Under the pieces are notes generated by a model. That model searched no databases. It was given only the letters and a program-made list of their open reading frames with translations, and was not told where the DNA came from. Below are positions 1 to 10,914 of a stretch of 32,617 bases of DNA, one piece after another (position 1 is the first letter of the stretch; each line of letters opens with the position of its first letter). Location of the stretch: NCBI GenBank assembly GCA_040143965.1, contig JASJQH010000081.1, positions 1 through 32,617 of the forward strand. Direction: 5' to 3'. The position numbers and the translations under genes are program-made. Source of the DNA: Basidiobolus ranarum (Eukaryota).

Positions 1-122
1 ATTAGGATTGGTATTGGTATTTGCTATAGTTACGGACATGCTTATGGTTATTGTTATTGTTTTAGTTATAGCCATCTGTCTATGGCTATGGCTATGGTGG
101 TGATTATGGTTATGGTTATTAC
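1..122. repeat. Degenerate low-complexity hexamer tract (TATGGC/TATGGT/TATTGG/TATTGT units)
   Basis: Visible runs such as tatggctatggctatggtggtgattatggttatggttatt and gtattggtatt. The ORFs across it translate only as dipeptide repeats, with no recognisable domain. Confidence 0.6.
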
Positions 123-305
123 TGTGGATACATCATTCAGATGGTCCTTCTTTCATGATGTTATGTTGAGACCATGCAAGGAATTGACGTGGTCAAGCCA
201 TCACCAATACATCAGCTACTTTGTACATTTAAGGAAGAGGAGAAGGCTGGGGAGAAGGTTAGGATCAAGTAGGTCGGGTCTGATACTAAAATTGAAACCA
301 CAAAG

Positions 306-343
306 AAACACTGACCACATTGAATGCCCGGTGGTCAGTGTTT
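306..343. other. Perfect 13-bp inverted repeat (hairpin) with 12-nt loop
   Basis: aaacactgaccac (306-318) is the exact reverse complement of gtggtcagtgttt (331-343); the loop is attgaatgcccg. Confidence 0.85.
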
Positions 344-1749
344 TAATTTAGTTCATCTCTTTTTTTGGACAGCCATCCACCGCATATCCAACAGTCACCA
401 ATAGGTCAGTAAAACCAACTAATGAAACTCCACCCCTCATTGCATATGGTTTACGGATTCCCTTCCATGTTTAGCGGTCTGTGCTCTGATGAGATTGTGC
501 ACTCCATCGACACTGGAATCTCCTAAGCCTAATCCCAATCCTAATGCCCCGTCATCGGCATCGCCACCTGTTTGCCTCCTGTTGAGTTGCTTCTCATCGA
601 TGATTTCGAATACATCTCTGATTGTTATGACCATCTTAACTCGGAGCTTGGAGTTTATACCTTTTTGCGACGACTCTTGCCTTTTCTTACAGATGGTCAT
701 TGTTCTGTTGTAACCTTATCCTTAGTGTCAGATTCAATTCTATTTGCTTCTGCTTGGCAAACATTTGCTATCTAAGCTGAAACCACTGTTTAGTTTAAAA
801 TATGAGGAGAGGAATTTATTCCAACGTTGCATTTAACATTTCCTTTGGATCCCAGGTATTTGGAATTTATATGTTGTTCCAATTTCCCTCGGTATATTGT
901 GAACTTCCTCCACATATATGGTCAATTCAATTGGACAGGAAATTATCATCGTTTGGGTCAGCAGAGTATGTGCTATGCTGCTAACTAACATAGGTCCGTG
1001 ATAGAATTCAGAATGATTGGCTCAAGTGGAACTGTTACCACCTAACCCAATCTCAGATGTGAACTTTGAGAGACAGTGAGCACCAGTAATAACATCACTC
1101 CACCCCCCCCTCCTCTTTCGCGCTCTAAATAATTTCAGGATATACACTCAATTCACCAGTGGAAGCACGTACTCTAATTCGATAAGCTCTACTGGATAGC
1201 CATGGTAAGGATAATTATCCTACCTGCTCTCACCGCAGTTACTCTATTAGATGTTGAAACTCTTATCTATCACTGGCAAGATCATAAAGTTTCAATTGTA
1301 CATGAATAAAATGATACTACTGGTAGGTATGGCGATAGCATTTCCTGATTATGACCTCCTTTCGATTAGGGAATATCAAGAGCATGGAGGCTTGAGCATT
1401 TTCTTAGATGTTTCGTGAATGTGTATTCCACTGGCAAGTATTCCCCCATCAGTATGCTGTTATCGATATGCTGCTAATTAAGTGGTATTTTAGAAATATC
1501 TTTAGATTCTGATGAGGGTAAATTCTTCAATTACTTTGCTAATTGAATTTTCCTACACTGCTAAAGATCTCGTTAGTCAATTTTATATCAGGCTATCCTT
1601 TTTGTGAAATTTAAAAAATACTTTGAATATTCCCATATCACTCCATGGATTAAACGGACCTTCTGAAATACAATCCCTAATGTCAAAGAACCTTTGGGTT
1701 GTCTTTGAATGAGTGTGGAGATATTTGGAAATGTTTTGCAAGTCTCGAA

Positions 1750-3300
1750 ATTAGGAATGATGGAGCTTAATAAACATGGCACTCACATACTATGTAAGGC
1801 TTTAGAAGCATGTGTAGAGCATTTCTGAATTCACAAAAACATTATGAATATATATATCAGAAAGTTGGAATACGTAGCACTGTATTCAGCTTCCTTTCAA
1901 TATATGCAGGTTTATAGTTACCAAAAATAGTCAGCACTTGAGATTATATAAAGAATTATATAGTGGGTACTTCTCGTAGTAAAGCTTAGTACTTATATCT
2001 CAGTTATAATCAAGAGGCTGTAGATTAAACTTTAGTATGTAAGCTGAGGGAAAATTTGAGAGATTTAGGAGATTCTGTCTTGATACATTTGAGATATATC
2101 CCAAATATATGTGATAATTTTGATTTTCAGAATATATGAAATTCTTATTTCCTAGCTACTTCACCATGTACCTTGCATTATTTTTGTCTTTCAACTATTG
2201 CAGCTAATATAGTCCAAACATATATATAGTCAAATAGTCAATTGTAACTTGGTATTTAGTTACTCTATTTTCACTTGTACACATATTCCTGGGATCTTTA
2301 ACATATTTTATGTGTTTATTTGTTTACTCTGACAAAACTACAAATGTTTAATTTCCACTCAATAAATCCTTGTGTGAGAACCATTAACTATTCTGATTCT
2401 CCAAATTACTTCCAACTGTTGAAATTAGCATTGCCTAAGCACCTATATAGTCATATATAGCTTAGTACTTAGTTATCTTATATTGAACTAAGATATTATC
2501 CATTATTCTCATAAGGAATTTACTTAAAATATGGACACCAACTTAGAAGTTGTCAGATATATAGATTTTGATAACTTGTGTTAGAAGCCCCAAACTTTAC
2601 ACATATGTTCCTGGGATATTTCTTAACACATTGTGCATGTTATTTTGTTGATATCTTGACAAAAGTATAAATGTCAACTTTCTACTCAATAAATCAACAA
2701 GCGAAAACCACCAATTTCTCTAATTCTCCAAACCACTTCCAACAGGCTCCCAAATACTTCAACACCAACAGCTGCTAAAATACTTCAGCCCATGTCAGAT
2801 ATTTTGTCTGAGTTGACTAGATTGTTATAAGTAATGGAACTTTCAAAGCACCAAAGAAGGACCTATTTATTGAAGTAAGTGGTACCTGCCAGCACTCAGT
2901 ATGCAAAACACTCAGGATCTTGCCAGTCTCTCCAGGATCCTGCAGCTAATATGAATGATTTGGAGACTCTCAATTATATATATGACAAATAGATAACATA
3001 TTAAAAGTAGGGATGATGTGTGGCTGATGAAAGTTGGGAAAATATTTAGAGCAACTTTTTTTGATTTTTTATTGTACTTTCAAAACCAACATCTTAGTTT
3101 TCATCCTCAAAATATGCATGTTTTCACAATATATAAATATTATGATGGATTGATCATGTAATAAATATAGAATATGACTAATTTTTGGGTAAAAAATTCA
3201 AGTGAAATGACAGTTGAATGTAGAGCTTGCAATAGTCCACTTATGTCTGATGGGTCACTAATTGCTTTATGTGAATTTCTCCATTAAACCATTCATGACG
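1750..3300. mobile_element. Probable decayed, formerly methylated repeat or transposon relic (family not identifiable)
   Basis: AT-rich with no long ORF. I counted one CpG (2702) between 1977 and 3298, and the block contains an internal diverged direct repeat. No transposase, RT motif or termini recognised. Confidence 0.4.
2278..2743 (+). repeat. Diverged ~140-bp direct repeat pair (2278-2416 and 2598-2743)
   Basis: Colinear blocks: tacacatattcctgggat / tacacatatgttcctgggat; tgacaaaactacaaatgt / tgacaaaagtataaatgt; actcaataaatc in both; attctccaaattacttccaac / attctccaaaccacttccaac. Confidence 0.8.
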
Positions 3301-3677
3301 AAATACAGTTAGATCTTACTAGTAGCTATATTTAGCTGAGATCGAATGGATGGATACATATAAGATGCATATAAAAATGAACTTGGTATGGCAAGAATAA
3401 TCAACCATTACAAAGTAGAACACATAACGTAATCAATTGAAAAGTCAATAATGAGTTCAGAAAAGTATTCTATTCTCACATATGTGAAATAAAATTTAAA
3501 AGAAATCCGAATCAAACTTAAAGCAGAAAAATCATTATTTATACAAGTCGCTTGCAAGAATATCGCCACAAAAAATGCCATTGCGAGATAGAATATTAAC
3601 CAACGTAGTTCTCAAAGTAAATTCCAACAGTTTTATTATACAAAACGATTGAGAAGTACTGACGAATATTCAACAAA

Positions 3678-4321
3678 TTATTGTTCAGTCTTTCTTCTGG
3701 GAGCACGACGTCCACGGTTAGCACCAGGAACGAAGGCTTGAGCAGGGGCAGCAACGGTGACACCGGGAAGGTTCTCCATGTTGAGAGACTTGAGGAGTTC
3801 CTTGGTCTCGGGGTCAACTTCGATGTTGGAAACATCCAAAGCAGAGAATTCGGGAACATAGTTATCCTTACGTTCACGTTCTTCTTCTTGAAGCTTGAAG
3901 GAGATACCACGAACGGGACCACGTTGAATACGCTTCATCAAGTGAGTGGTGAAACCGGCGATCTTGTTACGAAGACGCTTGCTGGCAATAATGGCAACTT
4001 CATCACAAATTTTCTTGTTGGTTTGGAAGTCCAAAGTAAGACGAGGGTAGTACTTCTCGATGATGACTCTGGAGGCTTTCTTAACGGTCTTAGTACGAAC
4101 GCGACCCTGTAAAAGAAGTGATTTTAGTCAAGTTATCATTGTAGATTGGTTGGGATTGGATTCAAGTGAACATGCAAGATCTCTTCATTGTAACAATAGA
4201 TGGATGTATGATCCTATTATTACGATAAAGATACGTATCTTTCATTGGGGGTTTTCACAAGAAGTAAATTGAAAATTGTTCCGTAATCTATCATCCACCA
4301 TACTAAATAAAAACGTACCAT
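3678..4321 (-). CDS. RPS17: 40S ribosomal protein S17 (eS17), 143 aa; exons 4321-4319 (ATG only) and 4106-3678
   Basis: Splices to [87 protein letters not shown]. Intron ATG|GTACGT...TTACAG is 212 nt. Confidence 0.98.
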
Positions 4322-4837
4322 TTTAGATGTGAGTTAGAGCAAAGAGAACAGCTTGCCCGTAAAGGTAGAAGAGAAGGACCCTTTCAGTGGCATCTCAGTC
4401 CTTTTTGTTATCCAACAAATTTAGTGAAGATTTCTTCGGCCCCGAGTATTTTTTTTACCAGACAGAATATGATTTCTTGCTTATTATAATAATATATTCT
4501 GATATTCATGATCTGATCAACAACTAAAATTTGGAATACAGAAATTATGCGGAAAAAGAAAATTTATTAAATGTTAAAATATCAAAATACGACATAGAAA
4601 ATAACCACGGGAAAGTAGATGAAAATATTCTTTACAAAAAGGGGTTTTTCGAAGCTGAGACTAGCAATAATCCAAACTGTTCTAAAATGGTTGGACTGTA
4701 AGTTGCAATTCTTAGTTTCAATGCGATAAACTTTCTCAACTACTAGCAAACAACACTAGAAATTAACATGAGAGCGAACACTAGAAAAAACATACACATC
4801 TATAAACAAATTGAGGAAGGTACCAATTAGAGGAAGT

Positions 4838-7076
4838 CTAGTTATTCACAATCTTGTCACGATATTCTGCAATGTTCTCATGAGTCAAAATGACCAAGTC
4901 ACGTTTGCTTAATGGGTTTTTGGTTAACGGACAAATGTTTCGTTTAGTTTCTGAAGTTAGACATCTAACCCAATTGTCATAACCCATTACATGACCATAG
5001 GGAGAGATGGCAGGCTTGACAACCTCATCAAGAGTAATTGGATCCACAAAGCCCGGTAGAGGGTTATCAGGGTCAGTATCTTCCTCCTCCTCTTCCTCTT
5101 CTTCACCTTGTTCGGATTCCTCTTGAGGATCAGCACTAATACCTGCGTTTCGGGAACTAGTACGACGTGTAGTATTCCAGTTTGCATAGCCTAAAACACC
5201 AGAATCATCATCAATATTGTCGGATTCATCTTCATCATCATCGTCATCACTTCCATAAAAACCACGGCGCTTGCGTTTAGCCCGAGTCCTACGAACTGGA
5301 CGCGAGCTTCCACCGCCTGATTCACTATCGTCCGCGGCAGCTCTACGACCTGATCCATGCTTTGAATGAGTCCTAAATGTGTGCTCAACGGTTCCATCCT
5401 TCTTCATCTTCTTGAATAGGAAATGAGCTTTGCCTTTTTCATCCAACACATAGTTTGGATCGTGGATTTTGCTTGTTTCAATCAAGTGTCGGTAGTAGTT
5501 GGAGCACTAATTAGAGATTTGAATTAGCAAACTTGGTAATAAAACGTAGTTCAAAGAATTCAACTTACTTGATATCCCACTCTACCAGAGATCGTCATAG
5601 AGAAAATACCCCATTGTCCATTGGCACCAATTTCCTTTAATCGAGCGTGGAAAAGTTTTTGCTCTGCTGGTGACCATTGACCAGTTCTCTGCTCTTCCCC
5701 GGGTGCATTAAATCTATAATAATAGGCGTTGGGATTTTTATCAATCATTCGGTACGCTTTGATACGCGCTTCGGACCATCCTTTCATAGCATCTTCAGGG
5801 CTAATTTTATTTTGTTGAATTTGTTTTAAAGCGTCATCGAGAGCAAGTCTCCCACAGCGTTGATATTTCCTAACACACAAATTAGTATTATGCATTTATA
5901 GCTTTTGCCTATTCAAACACTACTTACTGTTTGGCATCCGCGGTGGTAGATTTTCTTAGAGTAGATGTACGTTTACGAACCAACTGCTCATAGGCTTCCT
6001 GTTGTTCTTGTGTCATGGCTCGAGCTTCAGTAGAAATCAGTTATTATTTCAGATTCATAAAAAGATAAACGAGTGCTTACATTGAGCGGATACGGCTTCC
6101 TCATCCGTCTTGGCTAAGGCTTTTCGTACTCTCAATACATAGCCAGTCTGTGCAAATTGGACAATTACTTCCTCCTGTAAATTATTGACGAACCTTTTAG
6201 TTCTTCTAATTGAATATCTCCCGAAAACTTCCATTTCTTACCTCATCATTTGACCATTGTTTTAACGCGTGCTTAATTTCCTCATCACAGAGATAATCGA
6301 ACATTGTACGAATCTTACGCGCTTTTTGTTCAAATTCTCTTCGTTCAAATTCAGCGAACTAATATTATGGATGCGAGTTAATATGGTGTGATGAATCGAA
6401 GATTCAAACAAAGAGGGACTCACTCGACGTTGTTGAATGGCAACCCTTTGAGCAATAATATCCATCTCTTGCTCTGTAACTTCCCCACTAAACATGTTAT
6501 CTTTACGAATTGTTGCAATTTCCTCGTTACTAAAGATAAATGATTAGTACATTCATATTTGTATAAAGTAAGGTTAGGCTTAGATCTTCATACTCTTCAT
6601 TTGCGACAGGTGCAGCCTCTTCAACTTCAATTTCTTTGCACGAATATTTACTAGGAGAAGGTGGACCTTGAGCGCGTAATTGCTCCTACAAGTAAGATGT
6701 TAGTATAGATCGACGATCTGCATTTTTCTTGGTCTACAAACTCACTCGTAATTTCTCAAGATTATTCAACCAAGTATCAGTAATAAGACCGCAATATACA
6801 GGAATTGAAATTTCTTTGTTGCTAGGAGCACAAGTAATGTCTGAAATAGACAAATAGAGATCCAAAGTAAAGTTTCAGTAACAATTATTCGAGTTTACTT
6901 TACTAGTTAACTTCATATCTAAATATACCTTCTGGAAAAAATTCGGTACACCTCCTTTCTTCGTCCGGTGCTGGAGATTTGACTTTATTTTTTCCTTTGT
7001 TTATTATCTCTTCTTTAACAGCTTCATTGACAACAACAGAATCTATGACCTCATTTGTTGTATCGTCAGCCATCAT
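4838..7076 (-). CDS. SANT/Myb-like domain protein with C-terminal U-box/RING-like domain, ~572 aa; exons 7076-6929, 6840-6746, 6685-6594, 6529-6424, 6358-6242, 6174-6081, 6024-5928, 5869-5569, 5506-4838
   Basis: All 8 introns are GT-AG and phase-compatible. Myb-like repeat: GQWSPAEQKLFHARLKEIGANGQWGIFSMTISGRVGYQCSNYYRHL. U-box-like end: FVDPITLDEVVKPAISPYGHVMGYDNWVRCL...CPLTKNPL. Basic NLS-like and acidic tracts lie between. The acceptor at 6025 is AAG, so slightly uncertain. Confidence 0.85.
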
Positions 7077-7471
7077 CGTTAACAATGGTCTATTTTGTAC
7101 TGCTTCTGATCGTTGCAACGTAAGGCTGTTCTCTAAAGCCCAAGTACGTGAAATATGGATAGCTTCTCTGCAAAGAAGAGAGGAGTTGTTTTGTTCTCAT
7201 TCATAAGCCAATCGATCCAAATAGGAATACCATTTCAATGTTTTAATTGGTTGAATATGTTTATGTTTATTTCTCGAATAATGTCCATGTTTGACATTCC
7301 AGAGTATTTGTATGCTCTTTAGTGAATCTTCTAGGCAAATTTCTATTTATGTGCCAAAAAAGAAAAGTTCTGACAGCGAATTGAATCAAGAAACTAGATC
7401 GAAGTAACCCATCACGCTTAATCACTCGCCCCAGGTAACACCTTTCTCAAATAAATTTATGTGATTGTTTG

Positions 7472-10047
7472 TTACGTTGAAGGTGTATTAAAATAATCAC
7501 TAGACCTAGAAGTGTATCCTTTGGGAAGCCACAAATAAGGCAGTTCGCCAACTAAAGCAGGATGGTGGTATTCAGTATCTTGCATATCTAATACACCTGC
7601 TACGCGAGTAATAGATTGCCATTTATCACCTCTAATTGAAGAGTTAAATAGTGAGGGAGTAGTAGGCGTAGGCTCTCTAGGATAGTATGGGTCATCTTCA
7701 GAGTCTGGAGTTGCAGTGGCATCCAGATCACTAGCAATATCCAAGGACAATACTTTGGCATACCTCGTAAGGTTTTGCTCGCAAAAGTACCCAAACAACA
7801 TAGTGATGAAGACCAGCGGAAAGGTTAGTCCAGAAAGCCACTTGACATCCTTGAGTGAAAGAACAGCAGTCATGGTAAGCTGAAATAGTATTAATCCCCA
7901 AAGTAAACGTTGGAAAAGGACAGGCCAGCTGCTTCCACCAGAGTCATATCGAGTGCGATAAACATATATGAGATGATGGCGATATATGGTGTATCCAATA
8001 AGAGAGTATAACGTGCCGAAAATTGTAATCAAGGGGGATATGGTAGAATAAGTGAGTATCACAATGAAGAGGAGTACTGGCACGGAATACATCGTTCCAT
8101 AGTTAACAAATACTGGTGAGAGATACTCAGAGCGGTCTCGAGGAGTCTGACAGGTGAGCTTGCTTATTCCTCCAAACAGTAAATAACCAGCACGAGTCAG
8201 CTCAAACAACGGTAGAACTACAAAGCCTTGAAGAATAACGTAGTTTATGAAGAAAGATGAAACCTAAAACAGCCATGCAAAAGTCAGGATTATATTGTTG
8301 GATTTAAAAAGTATGTAATTCAAGTACCTCGGGTAGTTTTTCTCCCAACTGTGACAGTAACTCACGAAGGTTTTCAAATCCCATGGCTATCGTCTTAAAT
8401 ACTGTACCAGCAATGATAAAAACTAGGAGAATATTGACAAAAATAAGCAGGAAATATCTATCTAAAGATTAATAAAATGATCGGTAAAACATGGCACACG
8501 AAAAGACATACTTGCTCATTTGTGCATTCTGAATAGAGCTATATGTCCTCAATCCCTGAAGTTTGGAAAGCATCAACATTACTGGGGGGAATAGGCTCGA
8601 GAGTCCAGCAACCGCTATGGTAGGTAAAGAGCCCTGGAGGAAGCCTGAAACCCATGGAGAGGGTGAAAGATTGTCTAATTCGGGAAAGTATTTGACGATA
8701 CTTCTCCATTCAAGAAAACTAGAAACCAATGTAGATGGCACTGTCCACAAGACTACCAATAAAAGTACAGCAATCTGAACGAGAGTTGTGTACAAGCTCT
8801 TCTTCACAGGATCGATAGTAGCATTTGGCCAATAAATGTCACGAGGCTCACGTGCCATCCGGGTCACGAATTGAAGTGGTTTGTGGCTATTCAATGTTTG
8901 AGCAGCAATATTTGCAGCATTTTGTGTAGTGAATGTAACGAAGGCTGAAGAGGTGGGTGGATAGTATTGGCTTCTCTTTTCTGTCGCTTTTCGGTCATAC
9001 AATTGATATTGGGAATAATAGTAATTAATGGCATCCACGCGTTTACCGAACAGGCCAAACAAACCGATCTTTATTGTCGGACGCTTCGAAGTGATTTGGT
9101 CGAGATTAATCTCCTCGTTGAGTTGATCGTATGGTAAAAGCGGTTGTTGTTCAGAAGAAGAGTTGGTTCCAGATACTATTTCCGAGTTTGAGTGACCAAA
9201 TGAACGCCGAATTAACTTCATATAAGCTCTTTCCAACTTGTCCAAATATACAAAGCGCTTCTTGAGTACAGCCTCAAGTTCACCTACTTCTCTATTCATG
9301 GCTACCTGATCCACTGTGCCAATATTGAGGCAACTAAAATATGTAGTGAGGCTCTCTACTGTTTGATATTGTGGCGGAATCCCTGTAACCAAGACAGTCC
9401 TAGCTCGAATATCTGTAGCGGATTCTCTGAGAAAATGCTGACGTAATCCAATGAATTTTCGGTAGTTATGGTAAAGCATATAGTATATTAATATTGAGAA
9501 GCACTACGTAAAAGCCGTATGAACAATAAAGAAATTGGACCGATCTTCGATGCTATTAATAGAAAACGGATTCTTGTGTATTTCGTCAAAGCCACCTCCA
9601 GCTATGAAACTGATTGGAATCAAAACTAGGCAGGACCAAAGCATACAAAAACAAAAAGCAATCAGTCCCATTCTCCAGAAGCGAAGACACTAAGAAGGTA
9701 TTCAGTAAGTTTTTTGTATTTTCAATAGTTCAAGAGATATATTCACCATAACTGCATCCAGACCAGCCGAACTCATTATTTCATTCTCTTCAATACGATA
9801 CAGGGCAGGAATCCAAGTAAATATAGTAGGTGGTAAGGTTGGAAGCGAGCCTTGTAAACTAATAAACATTAAAGTCAATAAATGTACTAGTAGGAATAAT
9901 CATCTCTTACCTTTTCCAGTTTGTTTTGGGAGAATAGAATCCCTTCCATTTGTTTCGCAGTAAACAAAAGAATAACAGACAAAATGCAAAAATAGGAGTC
10001 GCAAGTGTCAACTGTGTTATCAAAGGTGTAGCGTTGGGTTCTTTCAT
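7472..10047 (-). CDS. OSCA/CSC1/TMEM63 (DUF221) calcium-permeable stress-gated channel, 782 codons, with one in-frame TAG at codon 145 (possible recent pseudogene); exons 10047-9911, 9858-9747, 9689-8512, 8457-8328, 8263-7472
   Basis: Family motifs: FCLLRNKWKGFYSPK, SAGLDAVMCLRF, RTVLVTGIP, VDAINYY, SAFVTF, AREPRDIYWPN, SSFFINYVILQG, TYSTISPLI, YRHHLIYVY..YDSGG. All four introns are canonical. TAG at 9506-9504. Confidence 0.93.
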
Positions 10048-10658
10048 TTCTCACTGATTTTAACACAAAAGATGGAACTAATTATATGTCAATTATAAAC
10101 ATGTGACAAAGCAAGAAATGCGAACACCTAACGATATTCACTATTAAAGAGTTTTAGAGTATGGGCCAAGTTTAATGGTGGAAATCCTAGAGAGCAATGT
10201 TATGTTGGTTGGATCAAATCAACACTCAGCATATCATCAATCATCACAATGAGTGTGCATAAATTAAGGATTTCGGAGCTATGAATGCTGGTGATCAGAC
10301 AAACCAAGAGAATATTTGTATGGAATTCCCACTGATGTGGAAATGTGATTTTGATTTTATTAACACTTTCATCTGCCACCATAAAAGTTCTTTGTGAAGC
10401 CTCAGATTCCGTCAATACTCAGTTAATATCTTGCCAATAGTTGAGTAGAACCAGCGCTTTTACAATTGATTCAGCCGAATGCTAAGCTGGGGTTCAATTA
10501 GTTAAAATACCGCATAATTTTTGTGCTTCTTAGTGTGCTAGCCATTCCTTCACTCCAACTCTGATCTCGTTCATCAAGTTGCATATATAATGAATCATGA
10601 TGCGTCGAAGCGTGTCAAGCTCCTAAACCAGGCCATACTGATTATTTATGGTCCCTTG

Positions 10659-10788
10659 TGACTCTTAATAGCACACAAATTTTCCTTTTTTAGATGTGAA
10701 TTGATGTGGGGAATCCATCTTCCGTTAGTGTAGAGGGATAGTTTTCATCATACAATAAGGGGAGTCATTTTTTCTCATGCTTTATATA
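10659..10788. promoter_or_regulatory. Two TGACTC (Gcn4/CpcA-type) cores and a TATA-like element upstream of LYS4
   Basis: TGACTC at 10659-10664, GAGTCAT (= ATGACTC) at 10762-10768 and TATATA at 10783-10788, all within about 260 bp of the ATG at 10915. Confidence 0.5.
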
Positions 10789-10914
10789 TGAGCTCCGGTT
10801 ATAGCTCTACTAGCTCTTACCTCTAGCTATTTTCTCCTTGGATTCACTCAAGATTTATTACCTTGACCAATACTCACCTTAGATATCTATTTAAAAATCA
10901 ACCTTGTTTGAATC

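Noticed and set aside
82-984. Short ORFs in the first kilobase
   Set aside because: Driven by low-complexity hexamer repeats (GLGLGL/PNPNPN, MAMAM); no domain similarity or coherent exon structure.
3596-4272. Overlapping and antisense ORFs over RPS17 (3596-3922, 3681-4112, 4060-4272)
   Set aside because: Shadow ORFs from strong codon bias with no recognisable domains. The same applies to antisense ORFs over LYS4, GAL7, HP1 and TOP2.
9427-9507. An 81-nt in-frame GTAGTG...CTCAG intron that would skip the CSC1 TAG
   Set aside because: It would delete half a TM helix and the family-typical YRKFIGLRQHFL segment, and the donor is weak. Gene predictors may invent this intron.
10221-10256. Minus-strand GTGATGA...CTGA with a flanking stem (C/D box-like)
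   Set aside because: Only 11 nt separate the boxes, too short for a guide snoRNA, and there is no recognisable rRNA complementarity.
10448-10500. GGTTCAATT T-loop-like motif with a partial stem (tRNA-like)
   Set aside because: No cloverleaf or proper T-stem can be built.
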